64,000 nt of DNA, from positions 1,651 to 65,650 of the forward strand of contig CAVWWM010000002.1 in the NCBI GenBank assembly GCA_963758695.1. The letters are read 5' to 3'. Below are positions 50,389 through 61,223 of this stretch, in pieces. The notes below the pieces were generated by a model that worked only from the letters and a program-made list of their open reading frames with translations, searched no databases and was not told the origin of the DNA. The stretch is from an uncultured Actinomycetes bacterium (GTDB lineage Bacteria > Actinomycetota > Acidimicrobiia > Spongiisociales > DATADW01). Position 1 is the first letter of the stretch, and each line of letters begins with the position of its first letter. Made by a program: the position numbers and the translations under genes.

Positions 50389-50820
50389 ATGGGACGGAAG
50401 AGACTCGTCACGACATTGAAACTGCAGATTCCCGCCGGGCAGGCCAGCCCGGCGCCTCCGGTGGGCACCGCCCTCGGGCCGCACGGGGTCAACATCATGG
50501 ACTTCGTCCGCGCCTACAACGAGGCAACCGCCAGCCAGACGGGGACCATCGTCCCGGTCGAGGTTTCGATCTATGAGGACCGCAGCTTCACATTCGTCAC
50601 CAAGACGCCGCCCGCCGCCGTCCTGCTGCGCCAGGCCGCCCAGGTGCCGAAGGGTTCCTCGACCCCCCGCACCGAGAAGGTGGGACGGGTGACCAAGGCG
50701 CAGATCCGCCAGATCGCAGAGACGAAGATGCCCGATCTCAATGCCAACGACATAGACGCCGCGATGAAGATCGTCGAGGGGACGGCGCGGTCGATGGGTA
50801 TAGAGGTACTCAGTACCTAG
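50389..50820 (+). CDS. rplK: 50S ribosomal protein L11
   Basis: [30 protein letters not shown]...[11 protein letters not shown]. Confidence 0.95.
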   Translation: MGRKRLVTTLKLQIPAGQASPAPPVGTALGPHGVNIMDFVRAYNEATASQTGTIVPVEVSIYEDRSFTFVTKTPPAAVLLRQAAQVPKGSSTPRTEKVGRVTKAQIRQIAETKMPDLNANDIDAAMKIVEGTARSMGIEVLST

Positions 50821-50887
50821 TACTTAGACAAGAGCGGTGGGAGAGCGGTGCCTGAGCTGCTCGTCTGGACCACGAAAGGAATGGCTG

Positions 50888-51607
50888 ATGCCGAGACACG
50901 GCAAGAAGTATCTGGAAGCGATGCGTCGCTTCGACCACAACGCCTCTTACACCGCCGATGAGGCCGTAGACCTCGTCAAGGTGCTCGCTCCGGCCAGCTT
51001 CGACGAGACGGTCGAGGTCGCATTCCGGCTCGGGATCGACCCGCGGCGCGCCGACCAGATGGTCAGGGGCACTGTGAGCCTTCCGCATGGCACCGGGAAG
51101 GCGGTCCGTGTCGCCGTGTTCGCCCAGGCCGACAAGGCGCGCGAGGCCGAGGCCGCTGGCGCAGATCTGGTTGGTGGCCCGGAGTTGGTGGCTCGGATCC
51201 AGGACGGGGAGCAGCCACTCGACTTCGACATCGCCGTCGCCACCCCCGACCTGATGTCAGAGGTGGGGAAGTTGGGCCGTGTCCTCGGTCCCCGGGGTCT
51301 GATGCCAAACCCCAAGGCCGGGACGGTCACCGCCGACGTGGGCAAGGCCGTGGAAGAGTTCAAGGCCGGGCGCATCGAGTACCGCAACGACCGCTATGGG
51401 AACGTCCACGCCCCCATCGGGAAGGTGTCCTTTGAGCGTGACCAGCTGATCGGCAACCTGGCAGCGCTCACCTCCGAAATTGTCCGGACCCGGCCCGCTG
51501 CCGCAAAGGGACGGTACATCCGGCACGTCAGCGTTTCGTCGACGATGGGGCCCGGCGTTGCCGTGGACGCCGCCAAGCTGGACGACCTGACCGCCCTCGC
51601 CCACTGA
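50888..51607 (+). CDS. rplA: 50S ribosomal protein L1
   Basis: MPRHGKKY..., [50 protein letters not shown]. Confidence 0.95.
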   Translation: MPRHGKKYLEAMRRFDHNASYTADEAVDLVKVLAPASFDETVEVAFRLGIDPRRADQMVRGTVSLPHGTGKAVRVAVFAQADKAREAEAAGADLVGGPELVARIQDGEQPLDFDIAVATPDLMSEVGKLGRVLGPRGLMPNPKAGTVTADVGKAVEEFKAGRIEYRNDRYGNVHAPIGKVSFERDQLIGNLAALTSEIVRTRPAAAKGRYIRHVSVSSTMGPGVAVDAAKLDDLTALAH

Positions 51608-52051
51608 GAAAGGCCACAGGGGAGCCTCGCCTCTGGAGCGGCTGCTCAGCGGTGAGCGGCGGGGCGGCCGCCAGGGTGCCACCCAGAGAACCGATCCTCT
51701 GCGGTGGGGCAGGGTAGGGGCTGCTCTCCACCGAGGTTCTCGTACGCCGTGCCTCTCCCGGGACGGTAGCGGTCAGGTGAGGACGTCCCGCCCGGCAAGG
51801 CCCCCCTGTCGTGTCTAGTGTCGCGCCACCAAGGTCCCTTTGTCTAGCGCTTATTCGGGCGCGAAAATCGGTCGCAATTCACCTGTTACCATCGTCCAGC
51901 AACAAGGCCGGAGACCGCGGGCGCATCGCCTAAGGGGTGGCAAGTCACCCACCTGCGCAGGTCACCTTTGAAACCGGGTCGTTACCTCATTGGCGCGACC
52001 TCCTCGAGGGTCCTGGTCTCCGACCGGGACCTTTCTCTTTGAGGAGGACGC
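51608..52051 (+). promoter_or_regulatory. long rplJ 5' leader region (possible L10-L12 autoregulatory leader)
   Basis: 444-nt non-coding gap between rplA and rplJ with several local hairpins and GAGGAGG 6 nt before the ATG. No covariance-model check was possible. Confidence 0.3.
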
Positions 52052-52387
52052 ATGCCACGACCTGAAAAGGTCCAGGCAGTTGAAGACATAAGAAGCCGGA
52101 TCGAATCGGCGCAAGCGACATTCTTGACCGAGTACCGCGGTCTCAATGTCGCTCTACAGCAGAAACTCCGGCGAAGCCTGCGCGCCACCGGGACGGAATA
52201 CAAGATCGTCAAGATGACGCTTGCCCGCCTCGCTGCCGGGGAGTTGGGTATCGAGGGTGCCGAGGAATGGCTCACCGGCCCAACCGCCCTCGCTTTCGCC
52301 GGGGATGACCCGGTGGAGACGGCCAAGGCGCTGCGCGACTTCGCTCGGGAACACGAGCAGCTCGTGGTCAAGGCCGGATTCCTCGGC
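52052..52387 (+). pseudogene. rplJ: 50S ribosomal protein L10, 3'-truncated at the block junction
   Basis: MPRPEKVQAVEDIRSRIESAQATFLTEYRGLNVALQQKLRRSL...REHEQLVVKAGFLG is canonical L10. From codon 113 the frame reads the antisense of the neighbouring gene, and no rplL follows. Confidence 0.85.
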
Positions 52388-53377
52388 GCATTCGACCATG
52401 ATGTCCATGTACCAATCGAACCGTTCCACGCTATACAGGTAGGGGTTGGGTCCGCCGGGGTTCTTGCGAATCGTTTCCAGCCACGGGATGTTTTCCACTG
52501 AAAGGTGACTGGTGAGCCGGAGCGCGGCCTTCTGCTTCTTCGCGAAGTCGTTGACGGCCAGCTCCAGAGCGGCAAGCGATGGACGGTCAGGCGCCGTGAG
52601 GCTCAGGATCATGGCCGTATGCTGCCGGCCCCGGTCCTTCACCGGGAAGAAGAGCGCAATCGATCCGGGCGTGTGTCCCGGAGTGAGCGCCATCGTCACG
52701 GTCGTATCGCCCAGCGTCAACTGTTGTCCGTGCTTCACCTCCATGTCACGACGGGGGAGCGCCCTGCTCCGCCGCTGCCGCTCCGAGAGGCCTTCGATGA
52801 GATTCCAGTCTTCAGTGGCCATCAGGACCTTCGCGTTGTATTCTGCTGCAGGGTACTGGGCGCCGCCAAAATGATCGAAATGACCGTGCTGGACGATGAC
52901 GTACTTGATCTGGGTCGGGTCGAGACCGAGCTTCTCCAGTGAAGGCACGATCACCTTCACGGCGTCTGCCTCGGAGTTCAGCGTGTCGACAATGATGATT
53001 CCATCGCTCGTGTTAATCGCCCAGCCGCCGACGGTGTTGAATCCGAAGAAATAGAGATTGTCGAAAAGCTTCGTCGGCTCGATGACGGCCTGTGGCTCCG
53101 GTGGCAAGCCCTGGAGCTGCCTGATCACCGCCGGCCTTCGGGGACCCGTATTGGTGCACATCACCTTGGTTTCCGCCACCAGGTCGGGCTTCGCCTGTTT
53201 CGCGATCGCCATGGCGGCCGCGATGTGCTTCTGCGCCTCGGTGGATTCCGCCATCTGCTTTTCAGTAGGCTCGTCGGGATCCTGCGCGGGTCCGCCCCGC
53301 TGGGCAGCGAGCGGTGACTGCAATGCCCCTGTCATGCAGGCTGCGACAGCGAACCCGGCCAACAGTCTCTTCAGCAT
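52388..53377 (-). CDS. secreted metallo-beta-lactamase-fold hydrolase, extreme 3' end cut at the junction
   Basis: Signal peptide MLKRLLAGFAVAACMTGALQSPLAAQ, VIVQHGHFDHFGG (HxHxDH) and LTPGHTPGS. Sensible sequence ends ...SVERFDWYMDIMVECAE at about 52388. The rest of ORF 52154..53377 is antisense rplJ. Confidence 0.8.
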
Positions 53378-53460
53378 GAAACCTCCTTGTGGACTCCACG
53401 TCCGTCACGGAACTCGAACGACACGGCGGCCCACCGCCTCCACGGGCTCGTCACCTTCAT

Positions 53461-54015
53461 TCATCGGCCCCGCGCTTCTGACGTCAACGTGGCTGGGTAC
53501 GGGCCTGCGACGTCCCGCGCCTGGTTCGCGTTGATCAACGATTGACACGGCCCAGGCGCCGGTACTCGAGCGCACACGACGAGCGTGACGCGGTAGTCCT
53601 CTGGAGCGATCGTCGTTCCCTCACGGGGCTGTGGCTTCAGATCGACGAGTCGAACGACCAGGCCCTCGTATTCGGCATCCCGTCCGACGCGTTCGCTCGT
53701 GTGCAGCATGCGAGTGGCGGAGGCTGCGGGAGGTTTCTCCAGCATAGCTCCACGACAGCATCGCCAGCCCACACGCACTGACGTCCTGACGGGGCATCGC
53801 GAATCCTCGGTCACCCCTTCGAAGCGCACCAGCAGGTTCTCGTCAGCCAGGCGGGACGCCTCGTTGGCTTTCAACTCGAACGGCTCGCCGCGCTTCGCCG
53901 CTCCTGCCGGCTGACTGTTCTGTCCCAGCAGTGACGTCGCGAGGGCGATGACCGCGAGGGCGGTTGCCGGCAGACTCCTGATGAGCCCGCCTCGCTGAAT
54001 TAATTGGGAAACCAT
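53461..54015 (-). CDS. small secreted protein with DSRCP...CVWAG motif, two compensating frame changes (~53790, ~53745); 3' end uncertain
   Basis: Likely start MVSQLIQRGGLIRSLPATALAVIALATSLLG. FELKANEASRLADENLLVRFEGVTEDSRCP is followed out of frame by RQCVWAGDAVVEL, then back in frame LEKPPAASATRMLHTSERVGRDAEYEGLVVRLVDLKPQP. Confidence 0.45.
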   Translation of the reverse strand: MVSQLIQRGGLIRSLPATALAVIALATSLLGQNSQPAGAAKRGEPFELKANEASRLADENLLVRFEGVTEDSRCPVRTSVRVGWRCCRGAMLEKPPAASATRMLHTSERVGRDAEYEGLVVRLVDLKPQPREGTTIAPEDYRVTLVVCARVPAPGPCQSLINANQARDVAGPYPATLTSEARGR

Positions 54016-54133
54016 CAATGCCTTCCCTGCGTTCCTCAGTGTATACTCCCGGCGCTTGCCGGCGTCCGTGATTTCGATTCCGGTAAGTTCGAGCTCCCCA
54101 CCTGACCATTCGACCTTTCCTCCAGAAGGTGTC

Positions 54134-57100
54134 ATGAGAGCATCCATTCGCACCCTGACGTTGAGCGTTCTGTTGTTCGCGTTCGCGGTTCCGGTTCGCG
54201 GTCAACAGCCGTCGGCCGGCGCTGGCGCATCACCGGCAGAGCTGACCGCTGTCGCCGGAGGCATGGTGACCGCCTTCGACGCAGACGGAGTTCCAACCTT
54301 CATATGGGGAAGCGGACAGTCCGCTCCGGCGCTCGGCGCTCCGGAGGCGGCGGCACGCTGGCATCTGGGGCGGTTCGCTCGCGCATTCAGGACGTCCCCG
54401 GCCGAGCTTGCGTCGGCGCGCCTCGTCCAGTTGCAAGGGTGCCGTCCGGCGGCGTGATCGCACATTTCCGTCAGCAGCTCGGAGGTCTCGACATCTACGG
54501 CAGCGACGTCAAGGTGCTCATCGGCGACGACTCGCGCCTCGTCGCCATCACGGGTCGGCCTGTACGCCGTGGACGGCCGCGGTCCGGGACTCGAGTTCCA
54601 GGTTTCCTCCGTGCAGGCGCTCGCCAATGCGCTGTCGCACGTGTCGGGCGGCAGGGTGCAGACCGCGAGCATCGTCGGCATATCGCCGTCCGTCACGGAT
54701 ATCCAGAGTGGAGCGGGCACAGTCCAGTGGTTTCAACTTGCGGATCCCGCCGGCAGGGTGCTCGCCGACCCGGCCCCGGTCAAGCAGATCCTCTTTCCCG
54801 CTGGCGGTGCACTCGTTCCAGCGCACGAAGTCCAGTTCTATGCAGGCGCCGGCGACTCGAACGACTCGCTTGCCTTCCGCTACATTGTTGCGGCCAGCGA
54901 CGGGCGCGTGTTGGCGCGCCGGAACCTGACGGCGAGCGAGGGGCCGCAGGAAAGCGCGGGCGGATCCGAAAGGGCCCAGCCTGCGGAACCTCCTGCTGAA
55001 TTCCTCTACCGTGTATGGGCGGATGGGACAGGCGACCTGCGTCCGCAAGACGGGCCGCAGACCGACGTCACACCCCACCCGGCCGGCGTGCCGGACGACA
55101 CGGAGCCGCCATTCGTCCTGCCGAACCTGGTGACGATGGGCGGCTTCAACCACCCGCGAAGAGGAAGGGCTCCGTCTGAGCGCGGACGCTGAGAGGGAAG
55201 CCGACGGCGCGACGGCGGAGGCCGGCCTCGGGAGGCTCGGGAGAGTGGCGGACCCCTGGCTGCCGGCTGATGCGACGGAGACGTCAGGGAACAACGCGGA
55301 CGCGTACGTGGATCACTCGGCGCCGGACGGTGTCTCGGTCGGCGATTTCCGGGCCACGACCACGTCCCACGGACGTTCGACCGGACGTACGACACGGCGG
55401 CGCCTCCGCTCGCCAGCGTCGATCAATCGCAGGCCGCCATTACTCAGACCTTCTACACGGTCAACTGGCTGCACGATTACTGGTACGACTCCGGATTCAA
55501 CGAAGCCGCCGGCAACGCGCAGAAGGACAACTACGGCAGGGGCGGCATCGGCGGCGATGACATGCGCGTCGAGGTCCAGGACGACTACTTCGGCGGATCG
55601 CGCAACAACGCGAACATGTCCACGCCGTCCGACGGCGTGCGGCCGCGCATGCAGATGTTCGTGTTCTTGGGGCGCGAAACCCGCACGCTCAGGCTCATGC
55701 CGGGCGGTGACCTCGAGACGGGCAGCGCGTCGTTCGGCGCGGCCACCTTCGACATCACCGCCCCGGTCGTCCTGGCCAACGACGGCATGGGTCCGTCGCC
55801 AACCGATGCGTGCGAACCGCTTGTGGGCGTCGCCGGGCGAATTGTCCTCGTCGATCGCGGGACCTGCGCGTTCATTGAAGGCCGTTAACGTCGAGGCCGC
55901 GGGCGGGGTCGGCATGATCGTCGCGAATAATGTGGCCGGCCCGCCGCCAGGGATGGCGCGAGCCCATCCCCGTCACCATTGGGGCGCTCTCCATCACCCA
56001 GGCGGACGGAGCAGCCCTGAAAGCGGCGCTTGCGCTGGGGGCCGTCAGTGCGCGCATGCTCCGGCAGCCGGGGCTGGAGCGCGACTCGGCGCTCGACAAC
56101 CAGATCATCGCGCACGAGTGGGGTCATTACCTGCACCACCGCCTGGCTGATTGCGGGTTGCAGCAGTGCGGCGCGCTCAGCGAGGGCTGGGGAGACTTTC
56201 TCGCGCTGCACATGATGTCGCGCTGGGTGACAACCTCGACGGACGTACTCCGGCTCGGTGTACGCCAGCCGGATTTTCGGCGACTCCGCGTATTACGGCA
56301 TCCGGCGCTCCCCCTATTCCGTCGACTTCGCGAAGAACGGCTTGACGTTCCGGCACATCTCCAATGGAGAGCCGCTGCCCCCGGGACCTTCCCGGCGGCC
56401 CGAACTCGGAGGTGCACAACGCCGGAGAGGTCTGGACGTCGATGCTCTGGGAAGGCTATGTCGCGCTCCAGAAGGCGAACCCGTTCCCAAGGCGTTTCGA
56501 AGAGTCCGCCGCCGCATGTCCAACTACGTGGTCGCCGGCCTGCAGATGACGCCGCGCGACGCCACCTACACGGAGCAGCGGGACGCGATCCTCGCCGTAG
56601 CCGCGGCCGGCCGGAACAGGCGCGTTGACCTGGGCGTGCTCGCCAACGCGTTCGCCAGACGGGGGCCGGAAGCTGCGCCATTGCCCCGCCGCGGGCTCAC
56701 TGATTTCGCCGGCGTCACCGAGAGCTATACGAGGTCCGCCCCGCATCGAAATCGGCGCCATCAGCCTCGAGGTGGATCGGAGGTCGTGCGACGGCGACGA
56801 CTACCTCGACGCGGGCGAGCAGGGGTGGGTGGCCATCACGGTGATGAATGGCAGCGCCACGCCAATGCTGGATACGGTCGTCACGGTCAACTCGGCGACG
56901 CCCGGCATCTTCTTCCCTCGCGGCATTTCCGCGCGCATTCGCCGGATCGGCCGTTCAGCAGCGCCCGGGCGCGCATCAGGATCGCGCTCGACCGCACCGT
57001 CTCGGGCCTCGGCTCGCTCGATCTCGAGGTCAACGTGTCCAACGCAGAGGCCTGCGAGGCGGTTGTATCCCGGTCCTTCACGGAGAGGATCAACGCTGAC

Positions 57101-57695
57101 GATGTCGCCAATGCGTCGAGGATCGACGAAGTGGAGACGATGATCACGCCGTGGACCTCGCTGGAACCGATGCGAATGAGGTCTGGTCGCGGGTGGAGGC
57201 GACGCCGTCCAACCGCGCGTGGCTCGGCGCCGATCTCTCGGGGATCACGGACACGGCGCTGCAGTCGCCAGCGCTGCTCGCGAGCGCGACCGATCCGCTG
57301 GTGATCACGTTCGAACATCGCCACAGTTTTGAAGCGTTCGAAGACGACATTCTTCGATGGCGGGGTGATCGAGATCCCTCAACAACGGGGCCGCGTGGGA
57401 GGACATCACCTACGTCGACGACCCTGGCTACGGCGGCACGCTGTTCGAGGAGGCGGGCAACCCACTGGGCGGCCGCGACGCCTTCGTGGCTCAAAATGCC
57501 GGTGGCCGGCCCGTGACACGGTCACACTCGACCTCGGGCGCCATTACCGGGCCGGACCGTGCGCATCCGTTTCCGGATAGGCGCGGACGAAGCCGCGGGC
57601 GATGTCGGTTGGGAGATTGACAACATCACCGTTCGGGGACGACCAACACGCCATTCCCGATGCTGGTCGAAGACAGAAGTATGTGTAGACCGTAG
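54134..57695 (+). pseudogene. M36 (fungalysin-like) zinc metallopeptidase with PA-domain insert, at least a dozen frame changes
   Basis: Signal peptide MRASIRTLTLSVLLFAFAVPVRGQ. Catalytic motifs AHEWGHYLHHRL (HExxH), SEGWGDFLAL and NSEVHNAGEVWTSMLWE. PA-like segment RIVLVDRGTCAFIEG...AGGVGMIVANN. Fragments are spread over ORFs 54056.., 54304.., 54569.., 55245.., 55562.., 55930.., 56258.., 56364.., 56625.., 57151.., 57329.., 57559... Confidence 0.7.
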
Positions 57696-57739
57696 AGCGT
57701 CGCAGAGGAGGAGAGACGCAAAGTTACTCGAGTCGCCAT

Positions 57740-57808
57740 CTTCCGGCTGAAGCCGGAAGCCACACCGGGCACGAATGTCTGGCTGTGGCTTCCGGCTTTA
57801 GCCGGAAG
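57740..57808. repeat. pair of inverted GC-rich hairpin repeats (REP-like) between convergent genes
   Basis: cttccggctgaagccggaagccaca (57740-57764) and tgtggcttccggctttagccggaag (57784-57808). Each unit is itself a hairpin CTTCCGGC-loop-GCCGGAAG. Confidence 0.85.
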
Positions 57809-57827
57809 ATGACTGTAGCGGTGCGCT

Positions 57828-59234
57828 TTATTTCGTGAGCACTCGGATCGTGCCGTCGCCCTTGTTCAGCAGAAAGATCTGATTGTCCGGGCCCAGTATT
57901 CATCCGCAGATCCGCACGCGTCGCGGGCATCTTGCCCTGCGCCATGTTCTTGGCCTTGATCACCTCGAGGAAGGTCTTCGCCGTGCCGCCCTCGTTGAGC
58001 AGGATGCGGCGGATGGCATCCTGGCCGCCGCTCGGCAGGTTGTCCGCGTTCACGTAGAAGAGTTCGCCGCTGGGCATGTCGGCAAAGATCAGCAGGTTCG
58101 CGAGCTGCGGGACCTGGTTGCCGCGATAGACCACCAGGCCGCCGGCGGCGGACTGGGATTGCAGGAGCGGGTCGAGCTGTCCCCATTCGGCGATCGGATA
58201 GGTCACCTTCGGGTCGCCGCGCTGGTTTTCGAGCGCCACGCCTTGGCGCCCCCCGTATCTGTAGCTGCCCTCCCAGACGTTCCACCCGAGGTTGGCGCCC
58301 GGTGTGACGCGGCTGATTTCCTCGACAGTGCCCTGGCCGATGTCGGACATGAACATGGCGCCGTTGCGCGAGTCCCAGGCGAATCGCTGCGGATTGCGCA
58401 CGCCGTAGGCGTAAATCTCGGGGAGCGCGCCCGGCGTGTTTCGCATCGGGTTGTCGGCGGGGATGCCGTATTTCTTGTTCGCGCTGTTGTTGCCCAGCGG
58501 GTCGATGCGGAAGATCTTCCCGAACGCGATGCCCAGGTTCTGCGCCATGTTGAGCGGGTCGCCGCCGCTGCCGCCGTCCGCGACGCCCATGTACAGCAGG
58601 CCGAAGTCCGGAGAGTTCGGCTCGGCGAGCGGGTTGAAGGCGAGCATGCCGCCGTTGTGGTTCTGGAACGGGTCCCGCCATCGCATGAGCTCACGCGGCG
58701 CGCCGCCGTCGTAGGTCGCCGCGCCGGGGGTCTTGGCCGTCCACTCGAGCAGCACGGCATGGTGCGTGTCCATTCCGCCTGGTGCGGGATGGAAGTCCGC
58801 CGGCGGCGTCATGTTCGTGGTGTCGGTGTAGGTGTAGAACTTCCCGAAGCCCCGGCTGCCTTGCTGGTTGAACTGCGGGTGAACCGCGAAGCTCTGGAAG
58901 CCGCGCTCGCGGCCCATCGACTGGACCGGCACTCCCGCCGCGTTGATATCCAGGTACTTCGTGACCGTCTTGCCGTCCTCAGTGACCCGATAGAGCTGGC
59001 CGCGCATGTCGTTGACGAACACGCGGCGCGTCCCCGGCTCGGTGACGAGGTTCATCATGCGCGCCGCCACGCCGTCGATATCCGGCAGCGAGGCGAACTC
59101 CTGGTAGTTCACGCGGATGACGCCTCGGTCGCGGGAATGGCCGTCGGGAACGGGTCGGTGGGTGCCTGCGCGAGCACACCCAGGACCGGCAGCGACGAGA
59201 GTGCGATGACACGAATCACGTGTGTCATGGCCAT
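57828..59234 (-). CDS. PQQ-dependent sugar (glucose/sorbosone) dehydrogenase-type beta-propeller, two frame changes (~59125, ~57890)
   Basis: ERGFQSFAVHPQF, NHNGGMLAFNP, YAYGVRNPQRFAWD and DIGQGTVEEI. The signal peptide MAMTHVIRVIALSSLPVLGVLAQA and the true C-terminus DNQIFLLNKGDGTIRVLTK-stop (57828) are in other frames than the main ORF 57724..59685. Confidence 0.75.
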
Positions 59235-59348
59235 CTAACCTATCCGAATGCGCCATTCTTGTGTAGGGGACGGGAATGGGTTTCCATTTTCGTGCTCCAA
59301 GGCCTCTGTGTCTCGTGTCCCTGTGGCCCGTGGAACTGAAAAAACGCT

Positions 59349-60267
59349 TCAGCCACGGGCCTCCAGTGCCGCAGGTGTGAAGAAGTCGTCCGCGTTCCGG
59401 TGCTGGAATCCGAGCCGGCGCGCGAAACCTGGATCCTGCGCGCCTGCGCCGACGTAGATGCACTGCGAGACGTCGAGAAGATAGCGCTGAATGAACACGA
59501 CGCCCAGGCCGGGCAGCGGCTTGCGGCACCAGCAGGTCGGCGGCCCGGCGCCATGTGGACAGTACTGAACGTCGATGGACAGTCCCAACATCTCCTGCAT
59601 GCGCGCGAGCACGGCATCGACGTTGCCGGCGGACATCGTTCCTTCGGCGACGCGCGGTTGCCAGGACAGCCCCAGCACGCGCCAACCGGCGGCCTGATAG
59701 CCACGCAGCACTTCTCCGCGTTCGGCACGCACCTCGACATCCTCGACAGACGCCGGCGTGCGTGAGCCGGATCGGCTGCGATACAGAACGTCGTCACACC
59801 ACACGATGAGCGCGCGGTTCACAAAGGAAGGGTTGTGCCGGCGCTCGAATGGCATGACGTCAATCCGCGAGAACATCACGGAGGGATCCGGGGGCTCCAG
59901 ATCACGTTGATAGCGGAACTGCACTGCCGGACCGAATGACGCCGCGTCGAGCCGGGCGTTCCCCAACAGCGTCCGCCACGCGACGTTCACCTGTGCATCC
60001 TCGACGCTGGTCGAAAGCCAGACACACCGGACTGGAAGGCCGCGTTGCCCGGCGGCCTGAATCACGGCCGCCCTCGACTTGCGGGAGACATACGTATTGT
60101 CGAGGACGATGCGCGAACGTCCGGAGGCGAGTGCGCGATCGAGAGCCGGAAGCAGCCCGCGCAACGATCCGCCGACCTCGTCGCGGTTCAACCGCTGGTA
60201 GCCCTGCGCGACGAACGATCCGGCCACGGTGCTCTTCGGCGCCGGGCAGGCCAATAATCAGAACCAC
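59349..60267 (-). CDS. P-loop kinase (AAA_33/polynucleotide-kinase-like) fused to HAD-type phosphatase (GmhB/PNKP-like), frame change in the P-loop (~60236)
   Basis: VVLIIGLPGA then, after a 1-nt shift, KSTVAGSFVAQGYQRLNRDE. The C-terminal CPHGAGPPTCWCRKPLPG resembles the Zn-binding motif of histidinol-phosphatase-type HAD enzymes. Confidence 0.6.
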
Positions 60268-61176
60268 TTTACCATCCGCGTGCTCGGGCGCCGGACGATC
60301 GCGGCGCGCCTCGCGGAACCGCAGCGCCCGCCCGGCGGGAATCGCTCGTCCAGGCGCGCGCGATCGTCGGCGGTCAACGCGATTCCGCAGGCACGAGCCA
60401 CTGACCGCGCCGTTTCCACACGGGTGGGTCCGGAACGGGCAGCGCCAGGTCCGACAGGTCGGTCAGCCAGGCCAGAGCGATCTCGAACGGAGTGGCGCCG
60501 TGGCGCGCCGCCACATCCAGGAGCGCGGCATCACGACCAGTGCGATGCCGGCGCTGCGGCCCGCCGAGCGGCCGGTACCCAAGAAGCTGAATGCCGTGGG
60601 CGAGGCAGTATTCGGCCACGCCGCTCAAGATGTTCGTCCTGCCAGATGCTGAGCTCGACCTGTACCGAGGCAATCTCCGTGATGCGTCTGGCTTCCTCGA
60701 TCTGACCAACGTTCACATTGCAGAGACTGATCCCTGGATGAGCCCGTCGCGCTTCAACGAGGTCAGGGCGCGGACGCTGGTCGCCAGCGGCGTTCGCGGG
60801 TCGGGCGCGTGAAGCTGGTACAGGCGGATGCGCTCGACGCCGAGGGCGCGCCGGCGGCCCCGCACGCCGCGATGAGATGACGTGCCCGTCCATCCGCGAC
60901 CCAGTTGATGCGGCCGGGTGAGGCCGCCTTAGGTGGCCACCAGATGCGCGAGCGGTCGCCGTTCCACGCCGCCAGCGCTCGCGCGATCAACCGCTCGTTG
61001 TGGCCGGTACCGGTGTCGTCCCAGCAGTACACGTTCGCGGTGTCGAGAAAGTTGACGCCGGCATCGAATGCGGCATGCAGCACGGCGATGGCCCGATCCT
61101 CGTCGCGATCGCGATCGGTCGAGAGACGCATGCACCCCGCGCCGATAACCGGTGCACCCTCCGTCGTCCACGGCAT
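60258..61176 (-). pseudogene. aldo/keto reductase, at least three frame changes; may be fused in frame to the downstream kinase-phosphatase
   Basis: VIGAGCMRLS...AFDAGVNFLDTANVYC...GHNERLIARAL (catalytic Asp/Tyr region), GISLCNVNVGQIEEA, AEYCLAHGIQLLGYRPLGG and GIALTADDRARLDERFP, spread over ORFs 60763.., 60531.. and 60374... Confidence 0.65.
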
Positions 61177-61223
61177 GCCGCAAGTGTATCAAGGTGCGGG
61201 CCGCCCTGACCCTCGGCCGTTGT

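Noticed and set aside
50358-50835. GGTACT-containing AT-richer words flanking rplK (ttggtactcggtacttag before, ggtactcagtacctagtacttag at the end)
   Set aside because: The downstream copy is mostly the coding sequence of the L11 C-terminus (GIEVLST-stop). The similarity is short and I could not support any structure or function.
52154-52501. Apparent long C-terminal tails of the MBL ORF (to 52154) and of the rplJ ORF (to 52501)
   Set aside because: Each tail is the reverse complement of the other gene's real coding sequence. They are read-through artefacts of the junction, not extra domains.
57883-59238. 451-aa ORF on the plus strand
   Set aside because: Antisense to the PQQ-type dehydrogenase, whose propeller motifs are clear.
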